From positions 1-46,360 of IMG/VR virus record IMGVR_UViG_3300046779_000201: DNA of 46,360 nt. One strand, 5' to 3'. The stretch is from a virus (Duplodnaviria > Caudoviricetes). A program made the position numbers and the translations under genes. The notes beneath the pieces are model-generated. The model was not told where the DNA came from and did no database searches. It worked only from the letters and a program-made list of their open reading frames with translations. Shown piece by piece: positions 17,565 to 27,468 of this stretch; position 1 is the stretch's first letter, and the number at the start of each line of letters is the position of its first letter.

Positions 17565-19135
17565 TGGCTAAGGTTAATTGGAGTTCCTTATCTACCTCTG
17601 ACCTAGAAGCTATTGCAAACAACCAGTGGGAAACTGTATCAGAAGCTGGTCTAAGACTTGTAGCTGATGAAGAGTATGGTACTGGAGAGACTTTAGCCAG
17701 AGGTTTTGAGCGTGGAGTAACCTCTACTCTGCGTGGTTTGTCACAACTATTTGGCAACGACTTAGACTTTTACAATCGTGCCTTCGGTTATCAGACAGAC
17801 CTAGAGAAAGAGCAAGAGTTTCGTACCATGATGGACACCAACACTGGTGCTGCTATCACTGGTGTCTTGGCTGGTTCTATTGCTGACCCAACTAACTTAA
17901 TCCCTATTGGTAGAGCTAAGACCGTTGGTCAGTTTGTCAAGCAAGGTGCTTTAGTTGGTGGAGCGGCTGGTGTATTAGAGCCTACCTATGAGGGCGAGTT
18001 TGATGACTCAAGGCTTACTAACATTGCTGTTGGTGTTGGCTTAGGAGCTGGTATCGGTGGCGCTATAGGTAAGTTTGTCAACAAAGCCGAAGCAGCTAAG
18101 ACAGCTCAGGTTGAAGGTGGTGGTCCTATAGTAAGGACTGCAGAAGAAGCAGCAGAGGCTACTGAAGAAGCAGCTGCCCCGGTTATCAATCAACAACAGT
18201 TTACTAACTTACTTGATATCCAACGTAGGATAGAAGTAGGTGACTTAGTAACACCAGCAGAGCAGAGATTCCTTAGAGACTTTGAAGACCAGCTACCTCC
18301 ACTAACTGATGATGCTGTTCGTGCATTTGAGATACAGTCTCGTATCAACGAAGGCTCTCTGATCACTCAATCAGAACAGCGTTTCCTGTCTGACTTCAAT
18401 AAACTTGAGAAACCAATCTTCCAAGTTCCTCCTAGTACAACTAAGTTTGTAAGCAAAGAAGAAGCTGTAGACACGCCAATCAATAAAGCTTTTATAGAAG
18501 GTGGTAATCAAGTATCAGTTCAGAAAGCTATGTCAGAAGTAGAACAAGTAGCTAATAAGACTGGTGACTATAGAGACTTCTTAAATACCTCTGGCACTCG
18601 TATGGCTTCTATCAATCCTACTCAGTTTGCTAGGATGATTGACCCATCTAATCCTTATCGTAACAGTAATGTTAATGTTCTTGCTTCTAAGGCTGCAGCA
18701 GATGCTGATGTGTTAGCTCAGATTGAAGGCGCTTTAGCTGGTAGGTTCAAGTATGAGAAGCAGACTGGAAAGACATGGTCTGAAACATTTGGTGATGAGC
18801 TAGTGCCTGAAGACGTTGCTGTTGAAGCTTTGATGAATAAAAAGATTCAAGAGATTCTACCTCCAGAGGTGATGTCTCAGACTATCAAGGCTACTCGCTC
18901 AGCTATCGAAGACTTACGTAATGCTCGTGAGTTAGCTCGTATTGCTAGAGAGCGTGGTAGTGACGAAGGATATGCAGTGCTTCAGGCTATGATGACTAAA
19001 GCCTCTGGGTTACTTGCAGCAGTAGAAGGCAACGCTAGTAACTTAGGCAGAGCTTTGAACTTTCAGAAAGCATTGCAGAAGGTGATTAAAGAAAACGGAA
19101 ACATTGCTCCGTTCTTGGGCGGGAGATCCTGTTGA
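17564..19135 (+). CDS. Internal virion protein
   Basis: Gly/Ala hydrophobic segments, DPTNLIP motif. Confidence 0.6.
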   Translation: MAKVNWSSLSTSDLEAIANNQWETVSEAGLRLVADEEYGTGETLARGFERGVTSTLRGLSQLFGNDLDFYNRAFGYQTDLEKEQEFRTMMDTNTGAAITGVLAGSIADPTNLIPIGRAKTVGQFVKQGALVGGAAGVLEPTYEGEFDDSRLTNIAVGVGLGAGIGGAIGKFVNKAEAAKTAQVEGGGPIVRTAEEAAEATEEAAAPVINQQQFTNLLDIQRRIEVGDLVTPAEQRFLRDFEDQLPPLTDDAVRAFEIQSRINEGSLITQSEQRFLSDFNKLEKPIFQVPPSTTKFVSKEEAVDTPINKAFIEGGNQVSVQKAMSEVEQVANKTGDYRDFLNTSGTRMASINPTQFARMIDPSNPYRNSNVNVLASKAAADADVLAQIEGALAGRFKYEKQTGKTWSETFGDELVPEDVAVEALMNKKIQEILPPEVMSQTIKATRSAIEDLRNARELARIARERGSDEGYAVLQAMMTKASGLLAAVEGNASNLGRALNFQKALQKVIKENGNIAPFLGGRSC

Positions 19136-20985
19136 AAGTAGATGATAAATGCAAAGCAGCCATTGATGCTTTCTATCAAGGCTTAGATGATTTAGAACGA
19201 ATGAATATGTTGCCGGGAGAGAAGGCCAAGGCACAGGCTAACTTTGTCAATAGCACTCTTAAAGAGCCACGCTTTAGGGACAAGGTAGCTGAGTTTGTGA
19301 TTAACTCCTACATCTCTGGCTTAGGCACTATTGCCGTTAACGCTATGTCTGCTTTAGTCAAAGCACCTCTAGCTATTGGTGAAAGATTTCTATTAGGTCT
19401 TATGCCCGGAAACTCTATACGCTTACAAGAGTCATCTGCAATGCTGAAAGGATTCTTTGAAGGAGCTGCAGAGGGCATTCAGTTTGCTAAGGCAGGCTGG
19501 GCAGCTGGTGCGCCACTAGATACCAAAGCAAACATTGACCAGATTAAGACTGCTATCGGTGGTAGTGCAAACTCCTCAGAGCTTGAGAAAGAGTTTGGTA
19601 AGTATGTCCGTTATCCTACTCGTGCCTCTGTAGCTATTGACGAGTTCTCTAAGAGCATCTTTCGTAGGATGCACTTTAACTCAGTAGCAGAGCGTATCTC
19701 CAAGACGATACCTGAGAATAAACTCAATGGCCTTAGCAGAGAAGAGTTGTATCAGAAATTAAAACAAACAGATATAGGCAGTCTTAAGTGGCAAGAAGAA
19801 CTAAGTAAGATTAATCCTTATCTTGCTGACGAGATTACAAGTTTTGCTAAGCAGCAGACCTTTCAGGCAGATCTGGGTAAGCTAGGTAACACCATGCTCA
19901 AGCTCAGGGCTGACCATCCAGAGCTAGTCTTTATTGCTCCGTTCATTAAGACACCAATCAATATCCTTAAGGACGCTCTGTCCTATACTCCTGCCAGTCT
20001 GTTCATGAAGCAGTTCAAAGGTAAGAAAGATGAAGCTATAGCACGTACTATGCTAGGTGCTGGCATTGCTTCGTTAACTGCTTACAATATAGTCAATGGA
20101 AACATGACTGGTTCTTATCCAAAAGACCAAGGCAGACGAGAGGCCATGATAGCTGCCAACATCCCTGAGTATTCAGTAAAGCTTGGTGATACTTGGTACT
20201 CATACGCTAGGGTTGAGCCACTTGCTACTGTCATGGGTGTGTTTGCTGACTCTATAGAATCTCTCAGAGACTACTACTCCAAGCCGCAGGCAGACAGAAA
20301 GATTCAAGAGCTGGCTGTAGACGGTACTTTAGCTATTACAAAGAACCTTACATCTAAGACCTTCTTAGAAGGTATCACTGGTGTGTTACAAGCTGCTCAT
20401 GACCCAGTAAGATATGGTGGTTCCTTTGTCAACAGCTTTGCTGGCTTAGTTGTTCCTGCTGCAGTAGCTCAGTTTGCTCGTGTACCAGACCCATATCAGA
20501 GAGAAGTCAGAGACTTTGGAGATGCAGTAGCTTCTCGTATACCCGGGATGCGTGAGAATCTACCAGTTAAGAGAGACCTGCTAGGCGAACCTAAGCCTAA
20601 TCTATCATACGGATTGTCTGGTGTCTTAGGCATTGCGTCTAGATCAGCAGAGCAGACACCATTGCAGGCAGAGATACAAAGCACTGGGTTTACTTATAAG
20701 CCAGTAGAAAAGTCTATCAGAGGTGTAGAGTTAAGTGCTTCTGATTATGAGAGATACGCTGCATTATCTGGAGAGCGCATCACAGCTCTGCTTAATAACC
20801 TGATTAGTACACCATTATATCAGAACTCTAACAACTCTGTTAAAAAGATACTGCTGGAAAGGGTGTCATCAAAGGCTAGAACCACGGCTACTAATCAAAT
20901 ACTAGCAGAGAAGCTAAACACTGACCCTGATTTCTATGCAGAGTATAGGAGAAAGCAGTTCCAGCGTAAAGGTATAGAAGAATAA
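19132..20985 (+). CDS. Large internal virion protein (T7 gp16-position, C-terminal part)
   Basis: PFIKTP.NI, YSVKLGDTWYSY.RVEP, SKTFLEG motifs; TTG start overlapping the upstream stop. Confidence 0.65.
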   Translation: MKVDDKCKAAIDAFYQGLDDLERMNMLPGEKAKAQANFVNSTLKEPRFRDKVAEFVINSYISGLGTIAVNAMSALVKAPLAIGERFLLGLMPGNSIRLQESSAMLKGFFEGAAEGIQFAKAGWAAGAPLDTKANIDQIKTAIGGSANSSELEKEFGKYVRYPTRASVAIDEFSKSIFRRMHFNSVAERISKTIPENKLNGLSREELYQKLKQTDIGSLKWQEELSKINPYLADEITSFAKQQTFQADLGKLGNTMLKLRADHPELVFIAPFIKTPINILKDALSYTPASLFMKQFKGKKDEAIARTMLGAGIASLTAYNIVNGNMTGSYPKDQGRREAMIAANIPEYSVKLGDTWYSYARVEPLATVMGVFADSIESLRDYYSKPQADRKIQELAVDGTLAITKNLTSKTFLEGITGVLQAAHDPVRYGGSFVNSFAGLVVPAAVAQFARVPDPYQREVRDFGDAVASRIPGMRENLPVKRDLLGEPKPNLSYGLSGVLGIASRSAEQTPLQAEIQSTGFTYKPVEKSIRGVELSASDYERYAALSGERITALLNNLISTPLYQNSNNSVKKILLERVSSKARTTATNQILAEKLNTDPDFYAEYRRKQFQRKGIEE

Positions 20986-20987
20986 CT

Positions 20988-21428
20988 ATGAGCGAACCAG
21001 TCACTCAAGTAGCCAAGGCTGCTGTCGCTGGTATTAAAGAAGCGTTAGCAGTAGGTAAAGAACTAGAGTCAGTCACCAAGGACATACAAGAACTAGGCAA
21101 GGCTGACCTCCAAGCTAGGGCATCGTTTAGGCGAAAGCAAAAGCAAAGACCATCAGATACCTCTGTCTTCTCAGCTGTAGAAGAGTGGCGTGGAGTATAC
21201 GAGATTAAAAAGATAGAAGACGAACTCAAGCAAGACATCATAGCTAAGCATGGTCAGGCTGCTTGGGATGAAATCATTGTCATCAAGGACAGAATCCTAA
21301 GAGATAACAAGGACCTGACTGATGAGTACGGCAGAGACCTTAGAAAGCTAGGGCTGCTCAAGTGGTACTGCTTCCTAACTGCCTTCATACTGGTTAGCTT
21401 CTTCTATGTGCTTGGATATAAACCTTAA
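20988..21428 (+). CDS. Membrane-anchored hypothetical protein (lysis region)
   Basis: Coiled coil plus C-terminal TM segment. Confidence 0.65.
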   Translation: MSEPVTQVAKAAVAGIKEALAVGKELESVTKDIQELGKADLQARASFRRKQKQRPSDTSVFSAVEEWRGVYEIKKIEDELKQDIIAKHGQAAWDEIIVIKDRILRDNKDLTDEYGRDLRKLGLLKWYCFLTAFILVSFFYVLGYKP

Positions 21429-21437
21429 GGACCGTCT

Positions 21438-21923
21438 ATGATTACCCTGTTTTCTACCCTTGTCTCCTTCTTGGCTGGTGGGCTACCCAAGTTCCTAGAC
21501 TTTTTCCAAGATAAGTCTGATAAAAAACACGAATTAGAGCTGGCTAAATTGCAGATGGCTAGGGAATTGGAGATGGCAGAGAAGGGGTTCCTAGCTCAGG
21601 CTAGGGTGGAGGAGATTAGGACTGACCAAATTGCAATGCAGTCTGCAGTTCAGGAGAAGGAAGCCCTTTATGCCCACGATATAGCCATAGGGCAGGGAGC
21701 CAGTAAGTGGGTCATAAACCTTAGAGCTAGCGTCAGACCAGTCATTACCTACGGTATGTTCCTAATGCTGGTAATGGTAAATGTGTTTGGATTCTTCTAC
21801 GCTTGGAAGCAGAACGTCCCATTTGATGAGGCGCTGAACCTGCTCTGGGATGAGGACTCAGCCATAATCTTCTCATCTATCATAGCCTTCTGGTTTGGGT
21901 CACAGTCTTTCAATAAGAAATGA
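21438..21923 (+). CDS. Putative holin (3-TM, GTA-holin-like)
   Basis: DKKHELEL, LRASVRPVITY, IIAFWFGS; adjacent to endolysin. Confidence 0.7.
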   Translation: MITLFSTLVSFLAGGLPKFLDFFQDKSDKKHELELAKLQMARELEMAEKGFLAQARVEEIRTDQIAMQSAVQEKEALYAHDIAIGQGASKWVINLRASVRPVITYGMFLMLVMVNVFGFFYAWKQNVPFDEALNLLWDEDSAIIFSSIIAFWFGSQSFNKK

Positions 21924-22411
21924 AAGTATCCAAAGAATGCATCGAGATGATAAAGCACCACGAGGGCGTAAGAACACGCAGTTACAGGTGTCCAGCTTTG
22001 CTGTGGACCACGGGGGTAGGTCATGTCATAGACCCCAACCATATCAGGGTTCCATTTGAGGAGCGTAAAAACCTCGCAATACCTAGTGGGTGGGATAGAA
22101 CTCTGCCTATGGCAGAGGTTGATGACATACTTGCCAAGGATCTCCTCACCTTTGAGAGAGGTGTACTACGACTGTGTCCTACTAATCTTACTCAGTCTAG
22201 GTTTGATGCACTCGTCAGCTTTAGCTTTAATGTTGGACTGGGTAACCTCCAGCGTAGCACAATAAGACAGAAGCATAACAGAGGTGAGTTTGAAGGGGCT
22301 GCAGAAGCTTTCATGCAGTGGACGAAAGCTGGGGGAAAAGTCCTTCCCGGCCTTGTTAAGCGCAGGAAGGATGAAAGCACACTCTATTTAAAAGTTGATA
22401 AGAATCCGTAG
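21920..22411 (+). CDS. Endolysin, GH24 lysozyme
   Basis: HEG-x-Y.CPA..WT.G.GH, FDALVSFSFNVG, GLVKRR.DE. Confidence 0.93.
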   Translation: MKVSKECIEMIKHHEGVRTRSYRCPALLWTTGVGHVIDPNHIRVPFEERKNLAIPSGWDRTLPMAEVDDILAKDLLTFERGVLRLCPTNLTQSRFDALVSFSFNVGLGNLQRSTIRQKHNRGEFEGAAEAFMQWTKAGGKVLPGLVKRRKDESTLYLKVDKNP

Positions 22412-22513
22412 GAACGCAAAGTCTACTACAATATATCGTTCTTCATCATCTACAACTTCGACATACTCAAAACCAAACATCAATCCAGATATAATACATA
22501 GGTCTATATTCAT
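22388..22513 (-). CDS. 41-aa hypothetical protein (not in ORF track)
   Basis: MNIDLCIISGLMFGFEYVEVVDDEERYIVVDFAFLRILINF; starts 1 nt after the RNR stop and overlaps the endolysin 3' end. Confidence 0.6.
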   Translation of the reverse strand: MNIDLCIISGLMFGFEYVEVVDDEERYIVVDFAFLRILINF

Positions 22514-22514
22514 A

Positions 22515-24404
22515 TCAAATCTCACAGTGACCTGCGACACACGCTAATGTCTGTGCGCCTTCGACATTATCATCTTCTTCCTTGAGGTTATCCCACAAGA
22601 TATCTGTAGGCATCTTAGATAGAAGTTCTTCGTACTGCTCTTTAGTACACTCCTCATAAGGTGCTTGTCGATAAGAACCACCATCCCAAGGCAGGAATGA
22701 GATACCACTAAGCTCATCGAAGTTCCTCCACACCCAAGCACCAACATCCATCCACTCATCTTCCTTAACAGAGATAGTCACTGAAGGTTTGTGCTCACAC
22801 CAGTGACGCTGGTACATCAGCCACAGGTCTAAGTGCTGCATAGCTGTCAGGTCATCACGAGTACGAGAAGACTCTGGTGCTTTCACTGGGAAAGAAAACA
22901 CAGCAGTGCTATCAGGTCTCATGACACAGTCCTCTGTAGGAATGCCAGAGTCTGTCAGGAACTTGGTCAGCGGGTCTTTCTTGTCACCACGAACACGGCG
23001 AATATAATAGTTACTATGTCGAGTATGAATACCAGAGGCAGAATTAACAAGTTGAGAAACAGTGCCACTAGGTTTGACACAAGTAATCGCAGCAGACACA
23101 GGGATTCCCAAGCTAGTTGCAAACTCATTGTTGGTATTAACTGAGACCTCCCGTAAGTATTCAAGAGACTGCGTAGTGCTTTCACATACCCTCCCCATCC
23201 AAGGATTATCTAAGATACCAGTTAACGATACACCAAGTAAACGCTCATCCTCAGTGTTCTTTTGCCACACCTTACGCAGGTAAGGGAAGTGCGTCAGAGT
23301 ACTCTGGAATGTGCCTAAGATTGTGGCGATGCGTACTTTCTTAGCCAAGTCTGCAACGGTGTCTTCGGCCCGTACAACGACTTCTGTAAGGTTACAGAAC
23401 TGGTAGGGTCGAAGTATGATTTCGCTACAGGGATTAGTTCCGAAGTCATAATTCTCATCACGTCTTCCGTTCTTTGCAGCTTGACTCTTACTTGCCTCTC
23501 GTGAGAAGATTCCTCGCTCTCCAGAATGACTGTTGTAAAGACTTGTCCATTCTGCGAGAAACTGACCAATATCTGGTTTACAAGTGTAAGCTGCTGAGTT
23601 GTTAGCAAGTGCTCTGTGTCCATTTTGTTCCCACCAATTTCCTGATTTACAAGACCGCATACGGTCATCCTCAAGGTCAGACAAAGAAATCATTGCGCTT
23701 CGTCTAACTCCACCCACAACAACAACTTCCCCGATCTTGCAGAGAATATCATGACATTCGATTGATGTGAGTTTGCGACCAGCTGCTCCTCTAAATTTGT
23801 TGGTAGTAAACTTAAAAAGTTCATCCAAAGGGCCGGGTCCAGAAGCCCTACCTCCGAAGGTTTTAAGCCTAGCTCCGGCAGGTCTAATTTTGGATAGGTC
23901 ATACCTTGCCACTTCCCCAGAGTATAGAAGAGCGATGAGTTGGCGAAGAGCCTTTGCCCATCCTTCTTTACTGTCCGACACCACAATAGTAGTCTCACTA
24001 GGAAACAACTGGTCCGGGACTTCAGGTAACTGATCAACATACTTATGCTCCACAGAAAAGCCTACACCTGTGCCACAGAGTAGGATGTACATAGCCTCAT
24101 CAAAGGCTTTAGGGTCATCGATAGGCAGATAGCTGCAGTTATAACCAGCAGTGTTGTCACGGTCTAGTGCCTTGCCTGCAGTCATGATAGCACGCATGGA
24201 AGGCATAACATCTAGATTCTTGACAGCATTGATAAGCTCTAGGCGTAGGTCATTGTTAGGAGAGAACTTGTACTTCTCTTCCAAGTGGTTAAACATAAAA
24301 GTAAAGTATCGGTCTACTGATTCTTCCCAGTGCTCACGGCGATTCTTCTCAGGCATAAACCGACTGTAACGACTCTTTGCAATAAACTGTTGATAGTAAT
24401 CCAT
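22515..24404 (-). CDS. nrdJ: Class II (AdoCbl-dependent) ribonucleotide reductase
   Basis: PSMRA, YNCS, GTGVGFS, VVVGGVRRSA, TNPCSEI, TCVKPSGT, C-terminal ACVAGHCEI; no small-subunit gene seen. Confidence 0.92.
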   Translation of the reverse strand: MDYYQQFIAKSRYSRFMPEKNRREHWEESVDRYFTFMFNHLEEKYKFSPNNDLRLELINAVKNLDVMPSMRAIMTAGKALDRDNTAGYNCSYLPIDDPKAFDEAMYILLCGTGVGFSVEHKYVDQLPEVPDQLFPSETTIVVSDSKEGWAKALRQLIALLYSGEVARYDLSKIRPAGARLKTFGGRASGPGPLDELFKFTTNKFRGAAGRKLTSIECHDILCKIGEVVVVGGVRRSAMISLSDLEDDRMRSCKSGNWWEQNGHRALANNSAAYTCKPDIGQFLAEWTSLYNSHSGERGIFSREASKSQAAKNGRRDENYDFGTNPCSEIILRPYQFCNLTEVVVRAEDTVADLAKKVRIATILGTFQSTLTHFPYLRKVWQKNTEDERLLGVSLTGILDNPWMGRVCESTTQSLEYLREVSVNTNNEFATSLGIPVSAAITCVKPSGTVSQLVNSASGIHTRHSNYYIRRVRGDKKDPLTKFLTDSGIPTEDCVMRPDSTAVFSFPVKAPESSRTRDDLTAMQHLDLWLMYQRHWCEHKPSVTISVKEDEWMDVGAWVWRNFDELSGISFLPWDGGSYRQAPYEECTKEQYEELLSKMPTDILWDNLKEEDDNVEGAQTLACVAGHCEI

Positions 24405-24410
24405 GTGTTT

Positions 24411-24575
24411 TTATTCTTCCCAGTTAACTAAGTTTTGTAATCTGTCTGCTTGGTCTTCTATTATATCATCAAATCTTTCTACTATATCCTCAGACCTTAA
24501 CGCTAGTTCTTCAACTAATGTTATCTCATCCCATCTCTTAAGTCTTTCCTTAATCTCTTCTAATGTTAGGGTCAT
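24411..24575 (-). CDS. 54-aa acidic hypothetical protein (not in ORF track)
   Basis: MTLTLEEIKERLKRWDEITLVEELALRSEDIVERFDDIIEDQADRLQNLVNWEE fills the gap between DUF3310 and RNR. Confidence 0.75.
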   Translation of the reverse strand: MTLTLEEIKERLKRWDEITLVEELALRSEDIVERFDDIIEDQADRLQNLVNWEE

Positions 24576-24577
24576 AT

Positions 24578-24606
24578 ATTATATCACACCTTGTAATACT
24601 TGTCAC
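24578..24606 (-). promoter_or_regulatory. Probable sigma70 promoter
   Basis: GTGACA-17-TATAAT with TG. Confidence 0.6.
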
Positions 24607-24934
24607 CAACTTTATCATAATTTTCTATTAAGAACTCAAGATAATGTTTGGCCTTCTCAAGGTCTTGCTTACCTGCCTTCTTACGATGACGAGCTACATA
24701 CTTAATTACGTTGCAAGCCCAAGGGTCTAAGCCCCAGTCGAGGAAGACATCCCAAGGTTCGATATTAGACTTGTAATGATCTCCTCCAATCTGCTTAGAC
24801 TTGATGTAGTCACCCAGTGTCTTGACATCTACACTGGTGGCTCTGTCAAATGCTTGGTCTACATTGTGCAGATTGATTGGTTCAAGTTGCTGTACCTTAT
24901 ACCAGTCTGAAGGTGTTGCGTTATCAATGCTCAT
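24584..24934 (-). CDS. DUF3310 / T7 gp1.7-like protein
   Basis: QIGGDHYK, NVIKYVAR..KK...DLEKAKHYL. Confidence 0.85.
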   Translation of the reverse strand: MSIDNATPSDWYKVQQLEPINLHNVDQAFDRATSVDVKTLGDYIKSKQIGGDHYKSNIEPWDVFLDWGLDPWACNVIKYVARHRKKAGKQDLEKAKHYLEFLIENYDKVGDKYYKV

Positions 24935-25691
24935 ACTTCTTCCTTAAGTAGTTAAGACTAACTGGCATCTCATCGAAGCTACCGTTGTTAACCTCATGCA
25001 ACATCCAGATACCACGCCAGTATTTGTTACCTTGGCTACCTAGATAGTCCTCGTCATGCAGGTAACAACAGCCACTAAAGAGTCCAGTAATCTGTGAACC
25101 ATCAGCACGATTAGCATAAGCTATCTGTCTATTCTGTACGTGGCCCATCACTGCAGACATATGCTTCTTAGACAGCAACGCAGCAGCAGAGGTTACAGCA
25201 CGCCCCATAACGCCAGAAGTAAAATAATGAGCGTACACAACACCATCAATGACAATAGGTTCAAGGTACGGTATAACTTCCCAACCACAATGTTCGTAGT
25301 TAAGGTCGCTGAGACCAATAGTTCCATCCAGTTTAGGGTCTCCTTCGATAGCTCTGGAAATTCTTTCTTCATGATTTCCAAGAGTGAGTACCATTCTTGG
25401 TTTGTATTGTTTCTCCTTGTTCCGCTTTGCTCGTTCATTATATTCCTTGATTGGTGCTAGCAACATCTCCATTGCTTTGTTAGTAACATCGATGTCGGTC
25501 TTGTATCGCCTGCCTTCAAAACACTTACGGCCTACATCGTAGCTCGACAGGCTAGGCATATCAGCAAAGTCACCAATCTGTACAATAACATCAGGCTTCT
25601 TCTCTGCAAGGTACTTACCTACCCATGTCAGATAACTAAGGTCAACACCGTCCTTAACTTGGCAGTCAGGGATTATGGCATGAACAGTCAT
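24924..25691 (-). CDS. Calcineurin-like metallophosphoesterase
   Basis: IPD.Q, IGDFAD, LGNHE, YAH, MGH motifs. Confidence 0.88.
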   Translation of the reverse strand: MTVHAIIPDCQVKDGVDLSYLTWVGKYLAEKKPDVIVQIGDFADMPSLSSYDVGRKCFEGRRYKTDIDVTNKAMEMLLAPIKEYNERAKRNKEKQYKPRMVLTLGNHEERISRAIEGDPKLDGTIGLSDLNYEHCGWEVIPYLEPIVIDGVVYAHYFTSGVMGRAVTSAAALLSKKHMSAVMGHVQNRQIAYANRADGSQITGLFSGCCYLHDEDYLGSQGNKYWRGIWMLHEVNNGSFDEMPVSLNYLRKKYEH

Positions 25692-25993
25692 TGTGCGTCC
25701 TTGTCTTTGTTGTCTAATGGTTCTACTTTAACAGTAGCAATGTACTGCTCTGGGCCAATGGTCTCAAATAAACCATCAGTCTCCATACCATATGGGTCTT
25801 TGATGACAACACGCTCCATCACGCCACTGTAACCAGAAGTCTCTAAGAACTTACAGAACTCATAAAGTACCTTGGGCCATGCTGTGAAGTCTGCGAAGTA
25901 GTGACGAACCTTGACAGTAGAAGCCTCTGGATATTCTGTAGGCTCGTCTTCCTGAAACTCAGAATCATAAATGAATCGATAAACTTTACTCAT
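25688..25993 (-). CDS. Hypothetical protein
   Basis: AAGGAG SD, overlaps with both neighbours. Confidence 0.7.
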   Translation of the reverse strand: MSKVYRFIYDSEFQEDEPTEYPEASTVKVRHYFADFTAWPKVLYEFCKFLETSGYSGVMERVVIKDPYGMETDGLFETIGPEQYIATVKVEPLDNKDKDAQ

Positions 25994-26327
25994 ACTTACT
26001 CCTTAATAGGTTAAAGAAATACTCTGCATCTACCACAGCCAAGGGCTTATCTCTGTTTTGTTTGATGATGCAAACAGGTTCATATCCTCCTGCGTTTCCT
26101 TTGGCTTGTTCGTAATAACCGTATACTGAGATAGCTGCTCTGGACTTGCATTCCAGACTAATTGGCAAGACCCGTCTGGCTGCTGGACTGAGTAGCAAAT
26201 CCTCCCCTGACACGCCCATACTAACTGAGCGAACATCGTCTGGCTCCAGATTGAACTTGGCTAGTATTAGATCTCTTACCCACTTTTGCAGGTGTCTTCC
26301 TTTGGACTTGGCGCTGCTCGGCTTCAA
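25986..26327 (-). CDS. PD-(D/E)xK nuclease, putative Holliday junction resolvase
   Basis: KSKGR..Q, GEDL, SLECK, P...IKQNR..PL. Confidence 0.8.
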   Translation of the reverse strand: MKPSSAKSKGRHLQKWVRDLILAKFNLEPDDVRSVSMGVSGEDLLLSPAARRVLPISLECKSRAAISVYGYYEQAKGNAGGYEPVCIIKQNRDKPLAVVDAEYFFNLLRSKYE

Positions 26328-26577
26328 GTGTTATATCCTTTCTTACTTTAATCCACTGCTTAGGTAGATGCATACGGGCATTGCTGTTATCCATAGAGAC
26401 TGTATTAGCGATGCATAGTGCGTCATCTGTTTCATCAATAATCCACCCAATGCTGTGACAAAGGTGAACCTCTGCTTTAACATCCTCTTGCCATTCCACA
26501 TCTGCTACTGCGTCAACCCATTGGATGTACTGCAAAGGGCAGGTGACCAAATCTGGTTTTCGTTTCTTCGTATCCAT
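26221..26577 (-). CDS. Hypothetical protein
   Basis: I.W.DA...C.SIGW...ET motif common in phages; start uncertain, overlaps both neighbours. Confidence 0.6.
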   Translation of the reverse strand: MDTKKRKPDLVTCPLQYIQWVDAVADVEWQEDVKAEVHLCHSIGWIIDETDDALCIANTVSMDNSNARMHLPKQWIKVRKDITLEAEQRQVQRKTPAKVGKRSNTSQVQSGARRCSLS

Positions 26578-27209
26578 AACAATTGTCCATTCTCCAAGAC
26601 TCTAGTTTCATCGTTGTCGTATGCTTCTAATACTGCGGTGTACATATCGGCTTCGGTAACACAGTCCTCTAGAATCTTTGCCGCCTTCTTTGGACCTATT
26701 CCTTTTAGACCTATAATGTTATCAACCCTATCGCCAGTCAGTATCTGCGTATAAAAATGTTTGATAGCTTGTTGGTCATCAATCAAATACTTCGTATCCT
26801 TAATAAAGTTGTAGTGCCAACCACGAATCATATCAAGGTCTTTGTCGATAGACATGATGATATATTCTTCGATGTCTCCAATCTCATAAGCCTTGATACC
26901 TATAGCGTCATCAGCTTCCTGTCCTTCTACTACTTCACAGCCCCATGCTTTCTCAAGGTACTCTCGAATCAAACCATAATGTTTAGGTCTGGCTGACGTG
27001 CGGTTACCTTTGTATGGTGCTGTTACTGCGATGTCCTTTCGGTAGTTGTTGGAACCAGTGAGGTAACCTTGATAGTCTCCTACCCAAGGCTTCATCACCA
27101 GTTCCTCCATAAACTCAGCACATCGTGCCAAGCACAGTTTGTCATTAACATCTTCGGAAGCGAATCCGATTCTGTAAGTGACGATGTCGGCATCGATGAG
27201 TGCTAACAT
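26505..27209 (-). CDS. 5'-3' exonuclease (T7 gp6-like)
   Basis: LIDAD, YKGNR, EADDAIG, SIDKDL, GDRVDNIIGLKGIGPKKA. Confidence 0.92.
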   Translation of the reverse strand: MLALIDADIVTYRIGFASEDVNDKLCLARCAEFMEELVMKPWVGDYQGYLTGSNNYRKDIAVTAPYKGNRTSARPKHYGLIREYLEKAWGCEVVEGQEADDAIGIKAYEIGDIEEYIIMSIDKDLDMIRGWHYNFIKDTKYLIDDQQAIKHFYTQILTGDRVDNIIGLKGIGPKKAAKILEDCVTEADMYTAVLEAYDNDETRVLENGQLLWIRRNENQIWSPALCSTSNGLTQ

Positions 27210-27442
27210 TACTTCTTCAGAAACGCAGCCATAGCTTCGAGTGCCTGTGCTGCTTGCTTCTTACTAGAGAACTCGTTGTCGTTGATAGTTACAGAACCAT
27301 CAGATGACACAGAGAACTTGAAGAAGTCTGAACCCCAGAGTGTGTGGTTAAGACCATCAACTTCTACCTCGAACACAGACTCTACTGGTGACACCTTGAA
27401 GTTAAACTTAGGTGATGGGGATGTTGCTTTCTTTGCTGTCAT
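27209..27442 (-). CDS. Hypothetical protein
   Basis: AAGGA SD; TAATG coupling to the exonuclease. Confidence 0.7.
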   Translation of the reverse strand: MTAKKATSPSPKFNFKVSPVESVFEVEVDGLNHTLWGSDFFKFSVSSDGSVTINDNEFSSKKQAAQALEAMAAFLKK

Positions 27443-27453
27443 ATTATATCCTT

Positions 27454-27467
27454 TAGATAGTTATCTA
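27454..27467. promoter_or_regulatory. Palindrome TAGATA-GT-TATCTA (copy 1 of 8)
   Basis: Intergenic, abuts the SD of 27209-27442. Confidence 0.85.
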
Positions 27468-27468
27468 T

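Noticed and set aside
19120-19160. Frameshifted or pseudogenised single large ejection protein at the 17564/19132 junction
   Set aside because: 4-nt TTGA overlap with a GGGAG SD indicates two coupled genes; cannot be tested without homologs.
21920-22411. Cys replacing Asp in the lysozyme catalytic triad
   Set aside because: E-x8-C-x5-T is a known common GH24 variant.
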